Shown here in pieces: positions 51,516 to 63,026 of a DNA stretch of 64,000 bases (position 1 is its first letter; every line of letters starts with the position of its first letter). The notes below the pieces were generated by a model. The model did not search any database. It was not told the DNA's origin and was given only the letters and a program-made list of their open reading frames with translations. Made by a program: the position numbers and the translations under genes. Origin of the DNA: Pecten maximus. Its lineage: Eukaryota. Location: positions 7,192,001 to 7,256,000 of the forward strand of contig NC_047023.1 of NCBI RefSeq assembly GCF_902652985.1, given 5' to 3'.

Positions 51516-51593
51516 AGATAAACTTTTGTTTTCAAATGATTAAAGGGTTATAACGTGTAATGGAGTAGGTATCCGTGTGTAGATTATACGTAC

Positions 51594-51710
51594 CTCCAGT
51601 GCAGGCGGCGGTGTTATCTACAGGTACACAAATACTACCCCCGGGGGTATTGATACACACCTCACTCGAGGAACACCCTCCCTGTGTCGAGTTAGAGCAC
51701 TCGTTTTGAT
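51594..51710 (-). CDS. Collagen-EGF membrane protein, EGF-Ca-like exon
   Basis: TTTCAG|..G|GTACGT, 117 nt, phase 1-1; DQNECSNSTQGGCSSSEVCINTPGGSICVPVDNTAACTG. Confidence 0.88.
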
Positions 51711-52030
51711 CTGAAACGACGATAGTACCGACAAATCAATGAAAATTCAAAACAGATCAATTGCATTCAATTCTGCTTACTGTAGAGAAGAAATGGTTAA
51801 AACGAGAGTATACTCGGACTTTGTCTTCAGTTACTAGAGCATGTCATTTATTTTTGAGAGATAACGTAACGTTATTGTAGCCAAATGTCGAGTTCAATGC
51901 CCGAATATGAATTTTAATATTTATTGAGTACCATATATATATACAAAGATGGATGTGGTGTAGGATATATAAAACAGTGTAAAGTGTTGTACGTGTAAAC
52001 GCGTGTAAAGTGTGGTAGGTAAAAAAACAG

Positions 52031-55000
52031 GTGTCTGTCGTGTGTTACAATACCTATACATGAGTGTCTGTCGTGTGCTACAATACCTATACATGAGTGT
52101 CTGTCGTGTAACGTTTGGTATGTTATAATACCTATACATGAGTGTCTGTCGTGTAACGTTTGGTGTGTTATAATACCTATATATGAGTGTCTGTCGTGTA
52201 ACGTTTGGTGTGTTATAATACCTATACATGAGTGTCTGTCGTGTAACGTTTGTTATGTTATAATACCTATACATGAGTGTCTGTCGTGTGCTACAATACC
52301 TATACATGAGTGTCTGTCGTGTAACGTTTGGTATGTTATAATACCTATACATGAGTGTCTGTCGTGTAACGTTTGGTGTGTTATAATACCTATATATGAG
52401 TGTCTGTCGTGTAACGTTTGGTGTGTTATAATACCTATACATGAGTGTCTGTCGTGTGTTATAATACCTATACATGAGTGTCTGTCGTGTAACGTTTGGT
52501 ATGTTATAATACCTATACATGAGTGTCTGTCGTGTGTTATAATACCTATACATGAGTGTCTGTCGTGTAACGTTTGGTATGTTATAATACCTATACATGA
52601 GTGTCTGTCGTGTAACGTTTGGTATGTTATAATACCTATACATGAGTGTCTGTCGTGTGTTATAATACCTATACATGAGTGTCTGTCGTGTGTTATAATA
52701 CCTATACATGAGTGTCTGTCGTGTGTTATAATACCTATACATGAGTGTCTGTCGTGTAACGTTTGGTATGTTATAATACCTATACATGAGTGTCTGTCGT
52801 GTGTTATAATACCTATACATGAGTGTCTGTCGTGTAACGTTTGGTGTGTTATAATACCTATACATGAGTGTCTGTCGTGTAACGTTAGTTATGTTATAAT
52901 ACCTATACATGAGTGTCTGTCGTGTGTAATAATACCTATACATGAGTGTCTGTCGTGTGTTATAATACCTATACATGAGTGTCTGTCGTGTGTTATAATT
53001 CCTATACATGAGTGTCTGTCGTGTGTTATAATACCTATACATGAGTGTCTGTCGTGTAACGTTTGGTATGTTATAATACCTATACATGAGTGTCTGTCGT
53101 GTAACGTTTGGTGTGTTATAATACCTATACATGAGTGTCTGTCGTGTAACGTTTGGTGTGTTATAATACCTATACATGAGTGTCTGTCGTGTGTTATAAT
53201 ACCTATACATGAGTGTCTGTCGTGTAACGTTTGGTGTGTTATAATACCTATACATGAGTGTCTGTCGTGTAACGTTTGGTATGTTGTAATACCTATACAT
53301 GAGTGTCTGTCGTGTAACGTTTGGTGTGTTATAATACCTAAACATGAGTGTCTGTCGTGTGTTATAATACCTATACATGAGTGTCTGTTCTTGTAACGTT
53401 TGTTATGTTATAATTCCTATACATGAGTGTCTGTCGTGTAACGTTTGGTATGTTATAATACCTATAAATGAGTGTCTGTCGTGTAACGTTTGGTGTGTTG
53501 TAATACCTATACATGAGTGTCTGTCGTGTGTTATAATACCTATACATGAGTGTCTGTCGTGTTATAATACCTATACATGAGTGTCTGTCGTGTTATAATA
53601 CCTATACATGAGTGTCTGTCGTGTAACGTTTGGTGCGTTGTAATACCTATACATGAGTGTCTGTCGTGTAACGTTTGGTATGTTATAATACCTATACATG
53701 AGTGTCTGTCGTGTGTTATAATACCTATACATGAGTGTCTGTCGTGTAACATTCGCTATGATATAATACCTATACATGAGTGTCTGTCGTGTAACGTTTG
53801 TTATGTTATAATACCTATACATGAGTGTCTGTCGTGTAACGTTTGTTATGTTATAATACCTATACATGAGTGTCTGTCGTGTGTTATAATACCTATACAT
53901 GAGTGTCTGTCGTGTAACGTTTGGTGTGTTATAATACCTATACATGAGTGTCTGTCGTGTAACGTTTGGTATGTTATAATACCTATACATGAGTGTCTGT
54001 CGTGTAACGTTTGTTATGTTATAATACCTATACATGAGTGTCTGTCGTGTGTTATAATACCTATACATGAGTGTCTGTCGTGTAACGTTTGGTGTGTTAT
54101 AATACCTATACATGAGTGTCTGTCGTGTAACGTTTGGTATGTTGTAATACCTATACATGAGTGTCTGTCGTGTAACGTTTGGTGTGTTATAATACCTAAA
54201 CATGAGTGTCTGTCGTGTGTTATAATACCTATACATGAGTGTCTGTTCTTGTAACGTTTGTTATGTTATAATTCCTATACATGAGTGTCTGTCGTGTAAC
54301 GTTTGGTATGTTATAATGCCTATACATGAGTGTCTGTCGTGTGTTATAATACCTATACATGAGTGTCTGTCGTGTAACGTTAGTTATGTTATAATACCTA
54401 TACATGAGTGTCTGTCGTGTAACGTTTGGTATGTTATAATACCTATACATGAGTGTCTGTCGTGTAACGTTTGGTGTGTTGTAATACCTATACATGAGTG
54501 TCTGTCATGTAACGTTTGGTGTGTTGTAATACCTATACATAAGTGTCTGTCGTGTAACGTTTGGTATGATATAATACCTATACATGAGTGTCTGTCGTGT
54601 AACGTTTGGTATGTTATAATACCTATAAATGAGTGTCTGTCGTGTAACGTTTTGTGTGTTATAATACCTATACATGAGTGTCTGTCGTGTAACGTTCGCT
54701 ATGATATAATACCTATATATGAGTGTCTGTCATGTAACGTTCGCTATGATATAATACCTATGTATGAGTGTCTGTCGTGTAACGTTCGCTATGATATAAT
54801 ACCTATATAGAGTGTCTGTCGTGTAACATTTGGTATGTTATAATACCTATATATGAGTGTCTGTCGTGTAACGTTTGGTGTGTTGTAATACCTATACATG
54901 AGTGTCTGTCGTGTAACGTTTGGTGTGTTATAATACCTATACATGAGTGTCTGTCGTGTAACGTTTGGTATGTTATAATACCTATACATGAGTGTCTGTC

Positions 55001-55914
55001 GTGTAACGTTTGGTGTTATAATACCTATACATGAGTGTCTGTCGTGTGTTATAATACCTATATATGAGTGTCTGTCGTGTGTTATAATACCTATACATTA
55101 GTGTCTGTCGTGTAACGTTTGGTATGTTATAATACCTATACATGAGTGTCTGTCGTGTAACGTTAGTTATGTTATAATACCTATACATGAGTGTCTGCCG
55201 TGTAACGTTAGTTATGTTATAATACCTATACATGAGTGTCTGTCGTGTGTTATAATACCTATACATGAGTGTCTGTCGTGTAACGTTAGTTATGTTATAA
55301 TACCTATACATGAGTGTCTGTCGTGTAACGTTTGGTATGTTATAATACCTATACATGAGTGTCTGTCGTGTAACGTTTGGTATGTTATAATACCTATACA
55401 TGAATTTCTGTCGTGTGTTATAATACCTATACATGAGTGTCTGTCGTGTAACGTTTGGTGTGTTATAATACCTATACATGAGTGTCTGTCGTGTGTTATA
55501 ATACCTATACATGAGTGTCTGTCGTGTAACGTTTGGTATGTTATAATACCTATACATGAGTGTCTGTCGTGTAACGTTTGGTATGTTATAATACCTAAAC
55601 ATGAGTGTCTGTCGTGTAACGTTTGGTGTGTTATAATACCTATACATGAGTGGCTGTCGTGTAACGTTTGGTGTGTTATAATACCTATACATGAGTGTCT
55701 GTCGTGTAACGTTTGGTATGATATAATACCTACACATGAGTGTCTGTCGTGTAACGTTTGGTGTTATAATACCTATACATGAGTGTCTGTCGTGTAACAT
55801 TTGGTATGTTATAATACCTATACATGAGTGTCTGTCGTGTAACATTTGGTATGATATAATACCTATACATGAGTGTCTGTCGTGTGTTATAATACCTATA
55901 CATGAGTGTCTGTC
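52031..55914 (-). repeat. 33/45-bp minisatellite made of the amplified exon-end / 5' splice donor junction
   Basis: Unit on the minus strand is GACAGACACTCATGTATAG|GTATTATAACAC(ACCAAACGTTAC)AC. The first copy is the real end of the EGF exon at 55896. Roughly 95 copies, estimated from length. Confidence 0.97.
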
Positions 55915-56018
55915 TGGCCCCAGGTCGTAGCCTCCGTTACAGCTACACACGTAACCACCGGTCCTCTCAGCACACCCGTGCTGACATCCTCCGTTCTGAA
56001 CACTGCACTCCAGGGACT
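55896..56018 (-). CDS. Collagen-EGF membrane protein, EGF exon
   Basis: 123 nt, phase 1-1; ESLECSVQNGGCQHGCAERTGGYVCSCNGGYDLGPDRHSCI (six-Cys EGF). Confidence 0.92.
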   Translation of the reverse strand, partial: SPWSAVFRTEDVSTGVLRGPVVTCVAVTEATTWGQTDTHV

Positions 56019-56146
56019 CTTCAAGTAATCAACAGTCACGTACATTTCAGTGTAACATTTTCATGTATATTAAAGGAAAGTCTTAAATCATGTAACAAAA
56101 GTTTACTTATCTTATATCAACAGTATTATATTGTTTATATATTTAC

Positions 56147-56263
56147 CGACACACGTTGTGTTGTCCCTTATAGAGTAGCCGGCATTACACGTGCAGTAGT
56201 AGCTCCCAACAGTATTCACACAGTTGTGGTCACAAATGTTGTTAGTCTGGCATTCGTCTACAT
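56147..56263 (-). CDS. Collagen-EGF membrane protein, calcium-binding EGF exon
   Basis: TTACAG|..G|GTAAAT, 117 nt, phase 1-1; DVDECQTNNICDHNCVNTVGSYYCTCNAGYSIRDNTTCV. Confidence 0.95.
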
Positions 56264-56367
56264 CTGTAAAACAGGTTTAGTTTTTTGTCACTTGGTTTGT
56301 AAAGAATTTCAGATTTTTTATTTATCTTTTTCGGCATGCAGACTTACTTTTACTTCCGATGCAACAT

Positions 56368-56880
56368 AGACATTGTTATTTCACTGTAAGGAAGGCACGT
56401 CTGAACGACCTTGACATTGTTACTTTGCTGTAAGGAAGGCACGTCTGAACGACCTTGACATTGTTACTTTGCTGTAAGGAAGACATATCTGAACGACCTT
56501 GACATTGTTACTTTGCTTTAAGGAAGACATGTCTGAACGACCTTGACATTGTTACTTTGCTGTAAGGAAGGCACGTCTGAACGACCTTGACATTGTTACT
56601 TTGCTGTAAGGAAGAAACGTCTGAACGACCTTGACATTGTTACTTTGCTGTAAGGAAGGCACGTCTGAACGACCTTGACATTGTTACTTTGCTGTAAGGA
56701 AGACATATCTGAACGACCTTGACATTGTTACTTTGCTTTAAGGAAGACATGTCTGAACGACCTTGACATTGTTACTTTGCTGTAAGGAAGGCACGTCTGA
56801 ACGACCTTGACATTGTTACTCTGCTGTAAGGAAGGCACGTCTTTACACCATGGACATTGTTACTTTGCTGAACGTCTAAA
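56368..56880. repeat. 44-bp intronic minisatellite (GACATTGTTACTTTGCTGTAAGGAAGGCACGTCTGAACGACCTT)
   Basis: About 11.5 highly similar copies. Confidence 0.96.
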
Positions 56881-57333
56881 CAACCTTGTGAGCTCTGGAG
56901 AGAACAGAGAAGTGTTTTCCCCGTAAGAGATAGAAATGTATTTGTATTTTTATAACAAACTGACAAAGCAATATTTTTGAACGATCCATATATAAAGACC
57001 AAAAACGGGGCTTGTCTGAAAAACAATGCATATTTGTACTGTAATAACCTATACTGAAGCTACAAAAGGACGAAACAGAAAAAAAAATCAACTCTCGTAA
57101 AATTGACAAGCCAGGTTTTTTCAATCACAAGCTATCTTTAGTAAACGAGCACCTGACATAGAATTGATACCACACTTTTACAATAATAGAATTATAAAAC
57201 AAAGTATGAAGTTAATAACATTAGGTTTGTTAATATAAATTAGTTTGTAGAGTTTAATATATTTAGTTGGATGTTGTTTAATGTAGAAAGAAATCACTAG
57301 AACGGAAAATATATCACTTTCTTCACTGTTTAC

Positions 57334-57510
57334 CTTGGAATGTCGGACCCTGAAGTCCAGTAGCTCCCATTGGACCTGTATTACCCGTCACGCCCTCTTT
57401 TCCGGAATCTCCCTTGGAACCCGTATTTCCTTTCTGTCCCGTCTCTCCCGTCTGTCCCGGAGATCCTTGAAGACCGGGCATGCCGTTAGTTCCGGATGGA
57501 CCCGTCACAC
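57334..57510 (-). CDS. Collagen-EGF membrane protein, Gly-X-Y exon (19 triplets)
   Basis: TTCAAG|..G|GTAAAC, 177 nt, phase 1-1; [13 protein letters not shown]...GLQGPTFQ. Confidence 0.93.
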
Positions 57511-57660
57511 CTTGAAACACGAGATGATGGTCATAACCAGACAGATATAGATATGATATACAAAGAGTCACATTACGTCCTTGGAAATGTACAACTAATG
57601 AGTAGAATATATTATAGAGATATGGTCAGTTTATTGTGTTACCAGCGAAATCATCAATAC

Positions 57661-57913
57661 CTGTATCGCCCTTTTGTCCCTTCGGACCCATGGCACCATT
57701 CAGTCCATTTATCCCAGGTAGCCCTGTAGACCCGGTCATCCCAATAATTCCAACTGGACCTGTGACTCCTGCGGGCCCAACGGACCCCTTCTCCCCGTTC
57801 TGACCTTGATTTCCTAACTCTCCTTTCATTCCTTTGGTGCCTGCATTTCCCTTTGAACCCACTGGGCCTGTTGCCCCTTGTACTCCGTTCACACCTTGCA
57901 GACCGGTTTGACC
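57661..57913 (-). CDS. Collagen-EGF membrane protein, Gly-X-Y exon (28 triplets)
   Basis: T-tract..GAAG| acceptor (phase 0), donor G|GTATTG (phase 1); GQTGLQGVNG...GQKGDT. Confidence 0.92.
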
Positions 57914-59564
57914 CTTCATCAGAAAAAAAGTGCACGTATAAAAACTGCCTATGCTGTCATCGTCAACTAAGCTTGGCTTATTAATATATTGAAAATTACC
58001 GTGTCCAAAGTTTTTTGTCGCTTTATTGTAAATGAAATCCTGTTCTACAATTTAGTTTAGAACTGGATTAACATATAAGCTGTGTTGCTGTTGCAATTAT
58101 ATAATTACCCAATCAGCAATGAACATTTGAGAGATGAGATACATCTGTAGGACCATCCAAATCGAGGGACCAACGAGAGAATTTTAGGCAATGCTTGATA
58201 GAAAACACCTTTCAAATTGTATGGAGGCTAAACATAGTGCTTGAGTACCAAACTAGAAGAAAGTATGAATGGAAATGTATTACAGAGGAACCACACTAAT
58301 TTCTACGCTTTTCTCGAGGAAATATAAAAACATAATTTGGTTATGAAAGAATTTGGAACCTTTGGGACAAAATAAAAACTGAGAGAAGTTCATAGCGAAA
58401 GGACGTGGAAACTAGGACATAAAAAGCCTGTTGAACTGTTGGCAGACCTTCGCAGAATAGCAGCACCACAAATTATTACTAAACTCCGTTATAAATTTGT
58501 AAGGTGGCCCTAGAGGAATCTTTGATGGATATTTACTGGTGTGCTATTAAATACTGCTCTTTTCTTTACAGTTCTTTATCCCATTCTCCTCTTCATCATT
58601 TGAAAACAAGGGAAATTTACATATGAAGTCTAAAAAGATATAAGAAGAACTATCTGAGACATTTCGAATACAACTTATAACAGTGGAAATTGAACGTGAC
58701 CGCATATTGGCCATTTTGGTATTTAGATACGACTCAAAATTAAATGTTCACAACTATGGACCAAGATAGAAAAACCTTCAAGCATTTCTGAAGAAAAAGT
58801 AATAACAATCTCCAGTTGTCAAATTCCAAGATGACCAAATGTTGACCATTTTCTTTTCACACATCAGGCTTAAAAATGAATTTGCGTAACTAGGGATCAA
58901 GGGGAACAAAAAGATATTTGTACTAAGGAAAAAGTAAACTTCAAATGTCAAAATTCAAAATGGCCGCTGTCGGCATGGCTGGCTTTAACAGTTCTCTGAA
59001 CCAACGATACTGACTCCAATGCCAACAGTTTTAGTGAATTAGTTAATTTTTTTTAAATCATAGGAGAACTTGAGAAACTTTCCAACGCTCTGAAACAAAA
59101 TCAATTGTTGTGATTATGGTTATAACTGCAACAAATACCAAACTTGAGTGTGACTCTGGACGATCTAACAGTAAGATTATAGCCAATGACAGGTAAGATC
59201 TATCCCTTATAAATAATCTCATCGCACAACCAAATATTCCTTTCTTTGGAAAGGTCGTATAGTGGCAGTGTCATGGAGTTGTAAACATGGAACCAATTGT
59301 CCTGTTAATGAAATAAAAAGAGACTGAAACAGAGAGTTGAATACATTGCTTTCAAATTGGAGAGAAAAAGTATGAAGTGCGTCAAGGATCAGTGCTGGAA
59401 CTTTCATTATTTTATTGTGTAGCACATTCAAAAAGACTCCTATATAATTTTTAAATGACTGCCAATATGGTCCTAAAGGACATCAATTTTAAACTCATCG
59501 TTTATAATCTACGGATGCACACTATATATAAGCCAGTGGTAATGAGAGAAACAAAAACAAAACA

Positions 59565-59605
59565 AAAAACAAGAGGCCCAATGGGCATGTACCGCTCACC
59601 TGCTT
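59565..59605 (-). mobile_element. Terminus of a Helentron/pearl-like element
   Basis: AACAAGAGGCCCAATGGGCATGTACCGCTCACCTG: terminal hairpin plus subterminal motif; the body is decayed. Confidence 0.5.
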
Positions 59606-60043
59606 CCGATGCGAGATTGAAGCTGTTATATAGATTGTTTATGCGGATACTTATCTGATTAGCACTATATATTTATTCAGATGAATTTTTGTTGGTTTTC
59701 ATTAAGAAATTCTTCTGGCTGGACATAAGGTATCTGTGTCTCTTAGCCAACTAGAAATCGTTGTTTAAACAATTTGGAGTATCTTACCCATGTGACATTG
59801 ATTGAATGTCAAGTTCTTTTATTTATACAAACAGTTCGTAGCACTTCATCCCAACATTCTTTCATATCCTTCCGATATATTCTGATCATTTGTCTTATAT
59901 TAGTTACCAGAACTTTAAGAATTTTAATAATATTGTGATTTCATTGAAAATGTTTTAAAACTTACAGTATTGTTAGCCTATCTGATTAAAACATATCATC
60001 ATTATAATACTATCTTCATAATGCAGTTTGGTATTGTTATATC

Positions 60044-60764
60044 TATGGGGCGCCGTTTTACTATTTATTCCCATTTGGTGATAACACCTATTCGAATAGG
60101 TGATATCACCTATTCAATCAGTGATATCACCTATTCGAATAGGTGATATCACCAATTCATTTTTCAAATAAGTGATATCACCTATTCGAATACGTGATAT
60201 CACCAATTGGAATAGGTGATATCACTTAATGAAACGAATAGGTGATATCACTTATTCGAATAGGTGATATCACTCATTCGAATAGGTGATATCACTTAAA
60301 AATATTCTAAAGTGATATCACCTATTCGAATAGGTGATATCACCAATTCGAATAGGTGATATCACTTATAAAATTCTTAAGTGATATCACCTATTCGAAT
60401 GAGTGATATCACCTATACGAATAGGTGATATCACTTATGAAATTGTATAAGTGATATCACCTATTCGAATGAGTGATATCACTATGGGCCGCCGTTTTAC
60501 TATTTATTCCCATTTGGTGATATCACCTATTCAATCCGTGATATCACCAATTCGAATAGGTGATATCACTCATTCATTTTTCAAATAAGTGATATCACCT
60601 ATTCGAATTGGTGATATCACCTATTCGTTTCATTAAGTGATATCATCTATTCATTTCATTAAGTGATATCATCTATTCGAATGAGTGATATCACCTATTC
60701 AAATGAAACGAATAGGTGATATCACTTTAAAAAGTTCTTAAGTGATATCACCAAATGGGAATAA
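60044..60764. mobile_element. TATGG-terminated element(s) with GGTGATATCACC palindrome arrays
   Basis: Terminus TATGGG(G/C)CGCCGTTTTACTATTTATTCCCATTTGG at 60044 and again at 60483; 21-22-bp units CGAATAGGTGATATCACCTATT; partial inverted end CCAAATGGGAATAA at 60751-60764. Confidence 0.85.
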
Positions 60765-61664
60765 TATCTCATTTTTGCAGTAGTCTAAGGGAGGTAACTC
60801 TCAATTGTTGTAGGTTGGCGTCAGAACAAATGTTGAAAGAAATACTGCTAAATTACAGGATGACATGTCAGTGACATTCTAAACCCACCATATTGATCTG
60901 ATTCTGTACCTAGACCACTCACAATCATTGAAGTATTCCTTACAATAGTTTAGAATTTACTGATTATATAAAGGGCAAAGCTTAAGGAGTGTTCATTTAA
61001 AAATGGCTTAGTTGAAACCGTTTCATTTCTAACCTTGTTTACATCGTTTATTCCAATTATCACGATTTCCGTGAGTAAATGTAGAATAAAGAAGAAAAAA
61101 ATCGCACCACGCATTTTCAAAAGATGCAGGTTCATTGAAATCTATGGAAAATGTCATGGTCGACATGGTGATCCCAGTGGGAAGGTTTCTATCGCGGTAA
61201 TTGCTTCTTTATCGGACTTGGTTCCGTAGTCACTACCCTTGTCCTTGATTTCCTCGAGCATTAACAATTCTAGATTTGACAAAAAAAATAGATTTCTATT
61301 CTCTAATTGGCTCACCACGAATTCGTTTGATGAACGATGAGCATTGAAGGATACTTACCTGTAGTAGGAGTAGTTAACTGGGAATTCCTGAAGCAGAATG
61401 GCACATGTGGGAATCACAAGCCCTGTATTGTGTTCGTGCCTCTACCAATATATGCACATTACCCAAGTTATATGTGATTAAATGCATCTCAACTGCCTTA
61501 CTCCGACGCAAAGCGGCTCTCCAAATTTCGATTTCCAACTCCTCCGACACACAGTGGAATTCTTTGTGTGAATTATCTCGCGGAAATCGTTACAGCCCAC
61601 CTAACAAGAAATCAACAGCCATCGAGGAAGGCTTTACTGTCCTTTAGATAATGTCATATTTTAC

Positions 61665-61787
61665 CTGTGGACCAATAAGGCCCGTTGTCCCCCACAACGC
61701 CTTTCTGACCTCTGGATCCCTGTAGTCCTCTCTCGCCTTTCAATCCGGTCTGGCCCTGCTCCCCGATAAATCCACTCAGATCATCTT
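61665..61787 (-). CDS. Collagen-EGF membrane protein, first Gly-X-Y exon (phase problem at its 3' end)
   Basis: TATGCAG|..|GTAAAA; EDDLSGFIGEQGQTGLKGERGLQGSRGQKGVVG...; register and phase become ambiguous after a G5 run (61689-61693). Confidence 0.85.
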
Positions 61788-61881
61788 CTGCATAAAATGT
61801 GACCATAGAGTGACAGAGAAGTTTCTTTTTAATGAAAACAATTGAATATAATATCGACAGCCGTCTCTCTGTACTACTTAC

Positions 61882-62013
61882 CTACACAAGAGTATCCGTT
61901 ACTCTGAAGAGTAAATCCTTGTCGACAGGAACAAACGAAACTTGTACTTGTGTCAGTACAGTTATGGCTGCAGTAGTTATTTCCTGTATTCGCACAAGTG
62001 CGTTGAATTGGTA
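61882..62013 (-). CDS. Collagen-EGF membrane protein, N-terminal-side EGF exon
   Basis: TTTCAG|..G|GTAAGT, 132 nt, phase 1-1; PIQRTCANTGNNYCSHNCTDTSTSFVCSCRQGFTLQSNGYSCV. No upstream exon or ATG found in the window. Confidence 0.93.
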   Translation of the reverse strand, partial: YQFNALVRIQEITTAAITVLTQVQVSFVPVDKDLLFRVTDTLV

Positions 62014-62224
62014 CTGAAAATGAAACCAACATTAGGAATTGATGTTTTACATTATAAACGAGATAATACAAGTAAAAACAAGAATCCTACGCAAGTTGGA
62101 TCATTACGAAGAAATAGACATATTTTTCACTTCAAGAAATAATGTTAAAAGTAACCAAGACCACACTCACTTAAATATACTCGAAATTCAGCAATACAGA
62201 GCACATACTTTTGATAAATGAGCA

Positions 62225-62612
62225 CGTCAAGAAGTTTGAACTTAATTGGCCCAAGAGAACTGCAGTTATTGCATGGAAACAAATTCTATCTATAGTAACA
62301 GTGACCTTAACCTTTGGACTAGAAAAAAAAACGATCCCATGCAAGCGCTTGTAAGGAAAAACTGTATAAAAATTGAGTTTGATGGCCCCAAAGGAACTTG
62401 CGTTATCACAAGAAACAAATTTTGTATTTTTAGTAACAGTGACCTTGAACTTTGATCTGTGGACCTGAAAAGCAATCCTAAGCGAGCACTTTTAGTAAGA
62501 AAGATCTGCGTGCAGTTTGGTCGGCCCAAGGTTAGTTGGGTTATCGCACGGACCGCGGCCGACGCCGACAGAGTGATACCTATATGTCGCCTACTTTTTG
62601 CAGTCGACAGAA
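62225..62612 (-). mobile_element. Helentron/pearl-like element (two ~140-bp core repeats)
   Basis: Duplicated TAGTAACAGTGACCTT core; subterminal TGTCGCCTACTTTTTGCAGTCGACA hairpin. Confidence 0.6.
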
Positions 62613-63026
62613 TGAGGTCTCGTTATGGAGTTTTGTGGAGAAAATTATATATTTCTAAACGGCGATGTGCTGAACGAATTATACTAATATCTCAAATATG
62701 TTGAAGTGTTGTTGTCTGGTATCGCAAATAAAATCTAATAACATGATTATATAAAGCAAAGTAAACCTGGCAAGCTGCATCATCACCAACAAAATAACTT
62801 CGGATGGTATGTGTCAGGGGGTGACATTACGTCCAGTTATGTTAGCCAAAAATCTTCGTCAGTATTACACAGATAATTCCATATGTATAATTGAATTTCT
62901 AATATTTTTGCAATAAATTGCATTCATTTAATATTGCAATATAGACAGTCCTAAATTCGACCAAAGCCAGTTGTTGGACTTCAAGTTTATCATTTAAGTA
63001 GAAGTTATAAAATTGGGTCAGGTCCG

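Noticed and set aside
51921-55950. Long repetitive ORFs (RQTLMYRYYNTPNVT / IPIHECLSCNVW) as independent genes
   Set aside because: They are by-products of 33/45-bp units lacking stops in some frames and lie inside an intron. Only the DRHSCI frame is continuous with a real exon.
58140-58545. Purine-rich plus-strand stretch faintly resembling inverted decayed collagen codons
   Set aside because: No sustained Gly periodicity in any frame.
60044-60764. CRISPR-like appearance of regularly spaced palindromes (also 9733-10634)
   Set aside because: No unique spacers of constant length, no cas genes, and a eukaryotic context with TIR-type termini.
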